From: an uncultured Bacilli bacterium
Lineage (GTDB): Bacteria > Bacillota_I > Bacilli_A > RF39 > UBA660
DNA: 47,228 nucleotides
NCBI GenBank assembly: GCA_934132925.1
Contig: CAKPAL010000002.1
Location: 1-47,228, forward strand
Direction of reading: 5' to 3'
The position numbers and the translations under genes were made by a program. The first letter of the stretch is position 1. Each line of letters begins with the position of its first letter. Positions 9,396-17,890 of this stretch are shown in pieces. Under the pieces are notes generated by a model that did not search any database, was not told the DNA's origin, and was given only the letters and a program-made list of their open reading frames with translations.

Positions 9396-10289
9396 CTATT
9401 TTTTATTAACTTTTAAGGACTGTTTTATTAATGGCATAACATTATCTATATCATCTTCATCAGATATTTCTACTCTATAATCACCATTGCCCCAATGGCC
9501 AACATTTGTTATATCCCGTGTTATACCTAGTGGATCATTTAATGTTCCTTTTTTCATATTAATATCTAGTCTCAATTTATTCTGAGTAAACTCTACATCA
9601 ACTATGTTTTTTCTTCCTTTAAAAGCAATATATACTTTCTTTACATCTATATCAATATCATCTAATTCTAATATTCTATTTTTTAATATATTATAAAGTC
9701 TTCTGGTTTTTTCAGATACTTTGTTTAAATGATCATCTTCTATATATACTTTAATTTCTTTATTAATTTCTTTTTGTTCTGATTCTATTTGTATATCTTC
9801 TACTTTTACATTGCTTGTCTTCTTTATAAATTCTATATCCACTATATCTTCTTCATATCTTGTAACTTTAATCAAATCTACAGGAATGTTTTTAAAATCA
9901 GTAGCATTAAGTTGATAACTTGTATAAATTGGCGACGCAAATATAATTCTTGACTGACTCCAATCTACGTCTGATAATTTTAAATTAGAATCATTTTTTT
10001 CATTATACTTTAGTACAAACTCCGCTTTTCTCTCTAATAACAATTTTAAATACGTATATCCTTGATCTACTAAACTATGATTTTTAATGTTCTTATATTC
10101 TATAATTCTAAACGATTTACTCTCCTCATCATATGCTAAGGTATCTAGTCTAAAATTGCCCACAGCAAATTCTGTCTCTACAAATTTATATCCAAGAATC
10201 TTTTGCAAATTTTCCTCAAAGTATTTTTGTAATTCTTTTTCATTTTTAAAATCTTTTTGTTTTAATTCTTTATTATCTTTTATTATCAT
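9396..10289 (-). CDS. PD-(D/E)xK nuclease-like N-domain fused to a DUF5655-like C-domain
   Basis: N-terminal FRLDTLAYDE...RIIEYKN (D...ExK). C-terminal ...YIAFKGRKNIVDVEF...NVGHWGNGDYRVEISDEDDIDNVMPLIKQS, typical of DUF5655 as I recall it. Confidence 0.7.
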   Translation of the reverse strand: MIIKDNKELKQKDFKNEKELQKYFEENLQKILGYKFVETEFAVGNFRLDTLAYDEESKSFRIIEYKNIKNHSLVDQGYTYLKLLLERKAEFVLKYNEKNDSNLKLSDVDWSQSRIIFASPIYTSYQLNATDFKNIPVDLIKVTRYEEDIVDIEFIKKTSNVKVEDIQIESEQKEINKEIKVYIEDDHLNKVSEKTRRLYNILKNRILELDDIDIDVKKVYIAFKGRKNIVDVEFTQNKLRLDINMKKGTLNDPLGITRDITNVGHWGNGDYRVEISDEDDIDNVMPLIKQSLKVNKK

Positions 10290-10425
10290 CTAAATCACCT
10301 ATACTTCATCTCTTATTTAATTATAACATATAAACAGTGCTTTTAGATATTTAACTTTCATTAAATGAATAAATTTATATTTTATGTCAATTTAAAACCC
10401 AATTTCTAAAAAAATCGGGTTATTT

Positions 10426-11697
10426 TTACTCCATATTTAATATTTTTTTTATTTCTTCTATCAAAGGATTATTAAGAGTCAAATAGTTATCTATATTTTT
10501 AGAAAGTTTTGCTTTCACTGTATCTTCATTTCGCTTACCTTCAATAACTGTTACATCAAAAAATTCTTTTTTTGTTGATGGAACTTCTTTTATATTTAAA
10601 TTTAATATTTTATTTACTGCATCTAACGGTGCATACAATTCAATACATTCTCTTTTTAATGCTCTTTCTTCATTAGTATCGCCGTCTTTTACTACAAAGC
10701 ACTTTTTACCAGAAGTTTCAAGTTCTTTCTTTAAATATTCAATGTTGTCGCAACCACCTCCCGGTAGTACAAAATACTCATCTGCTTTTCCTAGAAGTTT
10801 AAGTGCTGACTTAATCCACTCCAAATCGTATGCACCTTCAACTAATATATAATTTTTAGAATTTACGTTATCTAGACTCTCAAGTAATTCTATCAATGAA
10901 CTATTCTTGTCATTAAACAACGGATATATATTTGCTCCATTTCTTGCATTTAAAATTTGTGCTGAATGTGTCGTTATTAATGTCTGCCCTATTTTGTTGT
11001 GTATTTTTTTTATCATGCTTTTTGCATTGTTAATAGAAAAAGAGTTTTCTATTTCATCAATCCCTAAAATTACATTATCAAATTTATTTCCTATAATCAA
11101 TGCATATAATAAATTTTTTTGAAAACCCGAACCTCTCGCTTCTATTGGAATACCATTTGCGGTAATATCAAATTTCAAGCTTGCATCATATTTAAATTTT
11201 TGTTCTCCAACAATTTCCGTAGAACTCTCATCCAATATTATAAAATTTCTATCAACGCCTTTTATTACCTCAGTTATAGAATTTTGAGATATGTCTTTAA
11301 GTTTCTGTAATAAGTCTTCATCTGTATTTTCCAATGTTTTTGCTATTGACAATTGTTGTATCATTTGTTTTACATCATAATTACCAACAGGAATATAAAT
11401 ATACTTTATTCCACTTAGGTCATCAATATTTTCAGGGACTACATTTAGTTTATAAGATGCACCAGTGTATTCTTTTTTATAAAATTTTCCATTATACATA
11501 ATTCCTATTTCAACTGTTTTCCCCTGCTCTCTTACAAATGATTTGTCAATTTTCTCTTGATTAAAAAATATGTCTAGGGCCTGCAGTATTGTAGATTTTC
11601 CAGAATCATTTTCTCCAATAAATAAATTGTGCTTTTTGATAACAATCGTTGCGCGTTCAAACTTTTTAAAATTTTTTATATAGATACTTTCTATCAT
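10426..11697 (-). CDS. OLD-family nuclease (ABC-type ATPase + C-terminal Toprim), compact 423-aa form
   Basis: Walker A GENDSGKST, Walker B ILGIDEIENS, H-loop TTHS. Toprim motifs ILVEGAYDLEWI and VVKDGDTNEE. Confidence 0.8.
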   Translation of the reverse strand: MIESIYIKNFKKFERATIVIKKHNLFIGENDSGKSTILQALDIFFNQEKIDKSFVREQGKTVEIGIMYNGKFYKKEYTGASYKLNVVPENIDDLSGIKYIYIPVGNYDVKQMIQQLSIAKTLENTDEDLLQKLKDISQNSITEVIKGVDRNFIILDESSTEIVGEQKFKYDASLKFDITANGIPIEARGSGFQKNLLYALIIGNKFDNVILGIDEIENSFSINNAKSMIKKIHNKIGQTLITTHSAQILNARNGANIYPLFNDKNSSLIELLESLDNVNSKNYILVEGAYDLEWIKSALKLLGKADEYFVLPGGGCDNIEYLKKELETSGKKCFVVKDGDTNEERALKRECIELYAPLDAVNKILNLNIKEVPSTKKEFFDVTVIEGKRNEDTVKAKLSKNIDNYLTLNNPLIEEIKKILNME

Positions 11698-11726
11698 TTT
11701 TATTTCCTCCTACTTCTAGTTAACAT

Positions 11727-11772
11727 AAAAAACGCCAGCACAAAAAATCTATTAAATAGACCTGTACTAGCG
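11727..11772 (-). terminator. Terminator-like leader hairpin + U6 ending 13 nt before the OLD-gene RBS
   Basis: On the minus strand, CGCUAGUACA...UGUGCUGGCG gives 10 bp, two of them G-U (C/A mismatches on the plus strand). There is an inner UCUAU/AUAGA helix, followed by UUUUUU. Confidence 0.65.
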
Positions 11773-12164
11773 TCTTTCTTTAACTAACTTAAGTATATCA
11801 AATTATTTTTATTTAATCAACAAATTTAGACAAATTTCTCCATACTAAAATAATATTAGTATATATCTATTGCTTATATATAATAGATGCAATAGGCATA
11901 TTGTTATTAGACCTAGGCTAATAACAACACTAATAAGACTTACATAGTAAGGCTTATAGTGAACATAATAAAATATATATAATTATTTATTATTAACTAT
12001 TTCTTCTAATATACTTCTTATAATGCTTTCTTCTCTACTACCATTAGTAGTTAATCTAATTAATGGTATATTATATTTAGATATAATATTACTCTTTAAT
12101 ATATCTCTTTCTTTTTGTTTATTATCTTCTTTATGATATTTATATCCATCTACTTCTACTGCTG
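11737..12164. repeat. Junction module copy 1 (about 428 bp, direct repeat of 16664-17092)
   Basis: By-eye alignment gives about 90 percent identity at a constant offset of 4927-4928 bp. Confidence 0.9.
11792..11820 (-). promoter_or_regulatory. Predicted sigma-70-type promoter TTGATT-17-TATACT inside junction module copy 1
   Basis: Hexamers and the 17-nt spacer read directly. Conserved in copies 2 and 3. Confidence 0.5.
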
Positions 12165-12201
12165 TAATGACATTTTTGAAAAAATAAACCTTAAGTTTCA
12201 T
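11983..12201 (-). pseudogene. Truncated DUF2726/DUF559-type (Vsr-like fold) endonuclease-domain remnant
   Basis: ...AVEVDGYKYHKEDNKQKERDIL...IPLIRLTTN. Only the C-terminal half of the domain is present, and the repeat boundary falls inside the domain at VEVDG. Confidence 0.6.
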
Positions 12202-13051
12202 TTTTTTCGTTTTTATATTGTTTTTCTATTTCATATATTTGATTAAAATAATTGTTAATTCTTTTTTTATCATCTTCAAAAGAAGAGGTGTCGTCGTTAT
12301 ACATATTTAATAGTTCTTTATATAGATTTAATCCATAACGTTTTATAAATTCTTCTTTATACTCTTTGGATAGTAAATAGTCTTTTAGTTTAAAGTAAAT
12401 ATAATCTAACTGTTCAATCGTAGTATTCTTAAAATCTATATTTTTAAAATCTTCAATCATTAAACGGTTAAACTCATATATATTTGGAAACTCATTTTTA
12501 TTTTTTTCATTTGCCTCTTCTAAAACTATTATTGATTTTTCATAAGATACTCGTATCTCTATATTTGATAAAATGAAATCTAACAATTCGTTTTTTTGTA
12601 ATTTGTTTAATTCATAATTTAAAACATAATTACAAACATCATATAGTCTAAAAAACTTTTCTTTATCTATACTGGTTTTAAAAATAATATATTCTTCTTC
12701 ACAATTAACTTTATCATAATGCTCATTCTTATTTCTAAAAGCCCTATATAATTCGGCAAATATATATTCTTTGGACTGACACTTCAAATTTTTTGATATT
12801 ATTGTTTCATTAAATAAACATTCTAGCTTGTGAGCATTTTCAAAATATTCCTTTTTATCAACAATTGCTCTGGCATAATTATATAAATTTATTTGAAACT
12901 GTTCAAATTTAGAATTTATATCATTTTGAATATCTGTATCAAATTTTTTCTGAATATTATTGATTAATCTTTTATATTCATTTAGATATTTATCAACTTT
13001 ATTTTTTCCAATCAATATAGATGATAAAATATGTTTCTTTTTTTCTTCCAT
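12191..13051 (-). CDS. Hypothetical protein with an Rx4H motif (possible HEPN-like), last gene of the KAP NTPase operon
   Basis: 286-aa ORF with RBS GGTGA, starting 10 nt after the upstream stop. The motif YRAFRNKNEHYD fits R-x4-H. This is weak single-motif evidence. Confidence 0.6.
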   Translation of the reverse strand: MEEKKKHILSSILIGKNKVDKYLNEYKRLINNIQKKFDTDIQNDINSKFEQFQINLYNYARAIVDKKEYFENAHKLECLFNETIISKNLKCQSKEYIFAELYRAFRNKNEHYDKVNCEEEYIIFKTSIDKEKFFRLYDVCNYVLNYELNKLQKNELLDFILSNIEIRVSYEKSIIVLEEANEKNKNEFPNIYEFNRLMIEDFKNIDFKNTTIEQLDYIYFKLKDYLLSKEYKEEFIKRYGLNLYKELLNMYNDDTSSFEDDKKRINNYFNQIYEIEKQYKNEKNET

Positions 13052-13061
13052 CGGTTCACCA

Positions 13062-14852
13062 CTAAATTTTTGTTTTATTATATGTCACACGAATTTTATT
13101 TTTTTTAATCTCGCAATTATTTATAATACCTTTTAATTGTAAATAGTTCATTAATGTATACATATAGTCAACATTTTCAAATGATAAAGATGTAGTAACA
13201 CCATTTCTTATTTTGCTTATTCTTTCATTTATTTCATATAAATATTTAATATTTATAGGATTAGATTTATGTAAATATATAAAATAATTAATTTTATCTT
13301 TTATTTCTAAGCAGAAAAATAACTGTTCTACTATGGAATCATTTAAGAAAATATTATTTTTTATTATTTCATTTATCAGATATGATAATCCTTTTTTAGA
13401 AATTATTGATATGTCAATAACATCTAACAATTGTATTTTTTTATTAATATCAATATTACTATTTATTATCTCGTCTATAATAAATGTGTCATGTTCAATA
13501 TTATTTTTTAAATTCAAATAATCATCATATTTATTAACCACCAATTTAGACAATAGGATTATATTTTTTTTAAATAAATAATTATATGTATCTATGTTTA
13601 AATCTACTTTATTAAAATTTATTAATTCTTCAACAAATTCTTCATTGATTTCTAATTCGTAATTAAATAAAGAAATAATATAATCAAATTTTTCGGCTAT
13701 AATTTTATAATTTATTAGTGAATTTGAAGTAGAATAAATCATTTTTGATTCAAAATCTTTGAAATTATCATCATTAATTACATTATAGTCGTTTCCAATT
13801 TCTGATAATAAGTATTGTATTACTTCATCTATTTCACCAACTTCATTATAATAACATAAAATATTTTTCATTGATATATTAATATAATTTTCAGTAATAA
13901 TTTCTTTCCATAAACTAGTGTCTTCAATATCATTAATATTAGTAATATTTTCATTTTCTTTCTCTAATATTAAAATTTTCTCCTTTTTATTTAAATTAGA
14001 AGAATTAATAGCTTTTAAAATATTAAGTTCTTTACTATCATATATTTTAAAACTATTATAAAATTTGGCAAACGAATTTGATTCAATAAGTTTATCTTTG
14101 AAATTAGTAAAATTGTCATTTTCAAATAGCATGTCTATTACATCAGCATCTTTATAATAGTTATCAATTTCATACAAATCTATTAATTTATCATAAAACG
14201 ATTTATTTGGAACATAAAATTTGTTATTGTAAAATATATCTATAATTGCCACCACTATTTCATCATAATCTTTAAATGATGGTTTCAAATAATTAATGTT
14301 TAAAATGCTTGTTTCATTAATTTTTAATTTATTTAAAAAATCAACATTTTGTTCTAAAAATTCTTTTAATTTTACATAGCAATTTTCTTTTAAATCAAGT
14401 TTAATATTTTCTAATATTAATTTTAACCATTTTTTATTATTAGTTATGATTTCTAAATTATTAAAGAAATATAAAATTAATTCATTATCAAATATTTTTT
14501 GCAACACTTTTGTGAAATTAATTTCATTATAATTACAATATTCATCTAAAAATTTTAGTTTATAATTATTCATTTGTTTAAATTGAGAGTAAAATTTCTG
14601 CTGCTTGAGAGAAGAAATATTATTTATTAGATAGTCACATATATAAAAATTTAAAACTGTTTCTTTATTAAAATCTTTTGCTTGAATAATGTTAACAATC
14701 TTTTCTACATTTTTTAATTCATAATTATAATTTGCTTTTTCATTAGTATCAACCATTATTAAGAATGAATAATCCATTTGAGTTAAATCCCCTGACTTAA
14801 AATAAGACAAATTATTTTCATAGTTTTCTTTAATAAAGCCATTTTTTACCAA
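13062..14852 (-). CDS. C-terminal continuation of the KAP/YobI-like NTPase frame (annotated ORF has only a TTG start and no RBS)
   Basis: Same reading frame as 14907-16583. The 18 codons between them are open, and only one TAG separates the two ORFs. Confidence 0.6.
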   Translation of the reverse strand: MVKNGFIKENYENNLSYFKSGDLTQMDYSFLIMVDTNEKANYNYELKNVEKIVNIIQAKDFNKETVLNFYICDYLINNISSLKQQKFYSQFKQMNNYKLKFLDEYCNYNEINFTKVLQKIFDNELILYFFNNLEIITNNKKWLKLILENIKLDLKENCYVKLKEFLEQNVDFLNKLKINETSILNINYLKPSFKDYDEIVVAIIDIFYNNKFYVPNKSFYDKLIDLYEIDNYYKDADVIDMLFENDNFTNFKDKLIESNSFAKFYNSFKIYDSKELNILKAINSSNLNKKEKILILEKENENITNINDIEDTSLWKEIITENYINISMKNILCYYNEVGEIDEVIQYLLSEIGNDYNVINDDNFKDFESKMIYSTSNSLINYKIIAEKFDYIISLFNYELEINEEFVEELINFNKVDLNIDTYNYLFKKNIILLSKLVVNKYDDYLNLKNNIEHDTFIIDEIINSNIDINKKIQLLDVIDISIISKKGLSYLINEIIKNNIFLNDSIVEQLFFCLEIKDKINYFIYLHKSNPINIKYLYEINERISKIRNGVTTSLSFENVDYMYTLMNYLQLKGIINNCEIKKNKIRVTYNKTKI

Positions 14853-14906
14853 AGAAATTAGAATTTTATTGTTTAGTAGTTCTTTATAATTATCATCATT
14901 ACTTAA

Positions 14907-16583
14907 CTATTCGTTTATACTATCAATGTTCAGTATTTCTTCCATAGACATTTCTTTATATTTTTCTATTAATTCTTTATTATAGATAATTTTTTCTTCC
15001 ATTTTTTCAAATTCATAATCTAATTTCTCTACTTTATCTAAAAATTCATTTTTAATTTTTGCTTCAATAGATTTTGTGTTATAACTAGAAAAGTTACAGC
15101 GAATATCTTTATTTCGTAAATCCTCAATATTTATTTCAGAATTAATAAAACCATCAAGAGATAATTCTTGTTCACCAATATAAATTTTTGTTTTATTTAT
15201 GTAATTATTAAAATATTCATTTTTTAAAATGTCTAGTAAAAATGATTTTTTTAAATCTTTTAAATCCTTAATTTTTTGACTTTTTGCATCATTAATTTCT
15301 TTAACAATTTGATTATTATTTTCAATTAATTCATTAATTAGCATTCTTATAAACTCTTTTTTAGAATTAAATATATTATACAAATCACCATCATATTCAA
15401 GTCTTTTATCAAAATCAGAAGGGTTGATATTTTTATAACTAATGATAGCAAACAATTGTGTATAGTCGATATCCTGATTATCTTTTAATACATCAATATA
15501 CATCTTAAATTCCATAAAAATATTATTTAATAATCTTCTATCTTGTATGTGTAGGCTTAATATGCTAAACAAATTCTCATTAATTGTTAACTCATATTTA
15601 TTTTGAATTTTTTTATATAATTCCATTATATATTGTTTTGCATTTTGGCTTGAAAACTTTGAGATGACTGGTATTATATTATCAAAAAATTTCACTCGAT
15701 CCTCCGGATTTAAAAACAAATCATCCCTCAAAGCGTAAATAAAAATTACACCACCATTTTTAGAAATAGTTTCATTAGAATTCAACATGAAATTAAGTTC
15801 TTTCAATTTTTTAAATATTTCTAATGATATTTTCTCATATCTATCTAAGTCTTCTATGATAAGAATTTTAGTTTTTGTTTGTTTAAAAAAATATACAATT
15901 TCATCTAGATATTTATTAAATACCGACTTTTCATCATTATTCGAAAATGAAATTTCTAAGTCTTTATATTTCAGTGCTAAAGTATTTATATATATTTGAA
16001 TTATACTAATTAATTTATATATGCATAGAAATATAACTATAAAATATATATAATATATAATAAAGATAATACTATCAGAAAGGTATTGATGAAAAAAATT
16101 GTACAATGGAGTGAGCATGGCCTCATAAACCTCTGGAAAATAAAAATTTATACATAACATTATGAAACATGAAATTATTGCTAATGAAATTTTTTTTAAT
16201 CCACTAATATATTTAATTCTTTTAAATCTAGACAATGGCAATTTATTTTCATCAATAGTGTAAATTATTTGTTGTAATATTTTTGTTTCTATTTCATTAG
16301 AAACAATATTGGTTTCATCACCTGTTGCTTGTTTATAATTACCTAATGATATTCTTATACTTTTGTAACTATTATCTATTTTTTTTAATATTGAATTTAT
16401 TATACTAGTTTTACCAATTCCATATCTTCCTGTAAAAGCAATTATTTTATTTTTATGTTTAATTGCCTCCATAAAACTATTAAAATATATATTTTTTTCA
16501 TCAACATCATCTCTTGGAGCTAATGAAAAAAATATTTCATCTTTATTTTGCAATTCCTTCCTTTTAAAAACTTTTTTACTCAT
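14907..16583 (-). CDS. KAP-family P-loop NTPase with TM helices inserted in the NTPase domain (YobI/Tmn-like), ends at an in-frame TAG
   Basis: Walker A TGRYGIGKTS. Two to four hydrophobic helices at about aa 125-200. KAP-type Walker B ILIIEDLDRY. Confidence 0.85.
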   Translation of the reverse strand: MSKKVFKRKELQNKDEIFFSLAPRDDVDEKNIYFNSFMEAIKHKNKIIAFTGRYGIGKTSIINSILKKIDNSYKSIRISLGNYKQATGDETNIVSNEIETKILQQIIYTIDENKLPLSRFKRIKYISGLKKISLAIISCFIMLCINFYFPEVYEAMLTPLYNFFHQYLSDSIIFIIYYIYFIVIFLCIYKLISIIQIYINTLALKYKDLEISFSNNDEKSVFNKYLDEIVYFFKQTKTKILIIEDLDRYEKISLEIFKKLKELNFMLNSNETISKNGGVIFIYALRDDLFLNPEDRVKFFDNIIPVISKFSSQNAKQYIMELYKKIQNKYELTINENLFSILSLHIQDRRLLNNIFMEFKMYIDVLKDNQDIDYTQLFAIISYKNINPSDFDKRLEYDGDLYNIFNSKKEFIRMLINELIENNNQIVKEINDAKSQKIKDLKDLKKSFLLDILKNEYFNNYINKTKIYIGEQELSLDGFINSEINIEDLRNKDIRCNFSSYNTKSIEAKIKNEFLDKVEKLDYEFEKMEEKIIYNKELIEKYKEMSMEEILNIDSINE

Positions 16584-16602
16584 TCATGTACACCTCACTT
16601 CG

Positions 16603-16644
16603 AAAAAATAAGCAGTATCCATCTAAAAAAGAATAAATACTGCT
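16603..16644 (-). terminator. Second terminator-like hairpin + U-run immediately upstream of the KAP NTPase RBS
   Basis: On the minus strand, AGCAGTAT...ATACTGCT (8 bp) is followed by TATTTTTT, then GAAGTGAGGTG and the ATG. Confidence 0.55.
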
Positions 16645-16663
16645 ATCTTTCATTTATAATTAT

Positions 16664-17092
16664 AGCACAAAAAATCTATTAAATAGACCTGTACTAGCGT
16701 CTTTCTTTAACTAAATTAAGTATATCAAATTATTTTTATTTAATCAACAAATTTAGACAAATTTCTCTATACTAAAATAATATTAGTATATAGTTATTAC
16801 TTATATATAATAGATACAATAGGCATATTGTTATTAGACCTTAGGCTAATATCAACACTAATAAGACTTACATAGTAAGGCTTATAGTGAACATAATAAA
16901 ATATATATAATTATTTATTATTAACTATCCCTTCTAATTTACTTCTTATAATACTCTCTTCTCTACTACTATTAGTAGTTAATCTTATTAATGGTATATT
17001 ATATTTAGATAGTATATTATTCTTTAATATATCCCTTTCTTTTTGTTTATTATCTTCTTTATGATATTTATATCCATCTACTTCTACCGCTA
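16664..17092. repeat. Junction module copy 2
   Basis: Direct repeat of 11737-12164. Confidence 0.9.
16719..16747 (-). promoter_or_regulatory. Predicted promoter TTGATT-17-TATACT (module copy 2)
   Basis: Identical hexamers and spacing to copy 1. Confidence 0.5.
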
Positions 17093-17255
17093 ATAATGGT
17101 TTTTTACTTATATTATTATATATTAAGAAATCTATATGAGTATTATGGTGAGAAGTATATTTTCTTTCTTCTTCTGTTAATAATGTTTTATCTTTTATTA
17201 ATATATCTAAAATTTTATTTATGTTTTCTTTTATATAAATATACTCCTCCTGATA
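16911..17255 (-). pseudogene. DUF2726-like ORF (114 codons) lacking an ATG/GTG/TTG start
   Basis: Own translation gives ...HIDFLIYNNISKKPLLAVEVDGYKYHKEDNKQKERDIL...IPLIRLTTNSS...NNK*. The only candidate start is an ATT behind AGGAGG. It overlaps the end of the upstream gene by 41 nt. Confidence 0.55.
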
Positions 17256-17757
17256 TTACTCCTATACCTAAGATTGTGTTTAATAAACTATTGCTATCCT
17301 TTTCATCTTCACTATCATTATCTTCAATATTTTTACTAGTGGATATTATACAACTTCCATCATCCACCTCTGCCTTCGGATCATAGTTATCTGCTGATGG
17401 ATTTTTACATCCTAGTACATAATATTCACAGGTTCCGTTATCTTTATTTGCTGATGAATTATAGTTCTTTGCTGTTTCATCTGTGCATCCATATGTATAA
17501 TAGATACAACTTCCATCATCTCTATTAGCACTAGAATTATAATTACTTGCATTTTTGTCTGTGCACCCATAAGTATAGGTAACTGTTGGTGTACATGTAC
17601 AATTAGGACTTAAAGTACCATCATTACAAACCAATCTTCCAGAACTACTACAACCGCTAACACCACCATGATGAGAACAGCAACCCCTCGTTGCATTAAC
17701 CTTTAATGGCATCAATAGTATAATGCACACTAAAATTACTATTATTTTTTTCTTCAT
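17215..17757 (-). CDS. Secreted/membrane-anchored Cys-rich protein with three tandem YGC(T/K)...NY...A..D(D/N)G(S/T)C repeats
   Basis: Signal peptide MKKKIIVILVCIILLMPLKVNA, a GCCSHHGGVSGC motif, three repeats of about 32 aa, and a C-terminal TM helix plus KRKHK. Confidence 0.8.
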   Translation of the reverse strand: MKKKIIVILVCIILLMPLKVNATRGCCSHHGGVSGCSSSGRLVCNDGTLSPNCTCTPTVTYTYGCTDKNASNYNSSANRDDGSCIYYTYGCTDETAKNYNSSANKDNGTCEYYVLGCKNPSADNYDPKAEVDDGSCIISTSKNIEDNDSEDEKDSNSLLNTILGIGVISGGVYLYKRKHK

Positions 17758-17775
17758 TCTATATCACCCTACCAC

Positions 17776-17823
17776 AAAAAAAACACCAGCACAAAAAATC
17801 TATTAAATAGACCTGTACTAGCG
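17776..17823 (-). terminator. Terminator-like leader hairpin + U8 ending just before the RBS of the Cys-rich gene
   Basis: Same hairpin as 11727-11772 (CGCUAGUACA...UGUGCUGGUG), followed by UUUUUUUU and then GGTAGGGTG and the ATG. Confidence 0.65.
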
Positions 17824-17890
17824 TCTTTCTTTAACTAAATTAAGTATATCAAATTATTTTTATTTATTCAATATATTTTGACAATTTTCT
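17784..17890. repeat. Junction module copy 3 (promoter + leader half only)
   Basis: Aligns to 11733-11840 and 16664-16765. Confidence 0.85.
17843..17871 (-). promoter_or_regulatory. Predicted promoter TTGAAT-17-TATACT (module copy 3)
   Basis: Read directly. Confidence 0.5.

Noticed and set aside
14907-14909. The in-frame TAG as a pyrrolysine or reassigned sense codon.
   Set aside because: TAG is used as an ordinary terminator by neighbouring genes (7463, 9396, 13062), each followed by an RBS and the next gene. No pyl genes or PYLIS-like context are visible in the window.
11737-17092. The repeated sequences as a CRISPR array or tandem satellite.
   Set aside because: The units are about 430 bp, are separated by about 4.5 kb of coding cargo, and contain coding remnants and promoters. 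There are no short regularly spaced repeats anywhere in the window.
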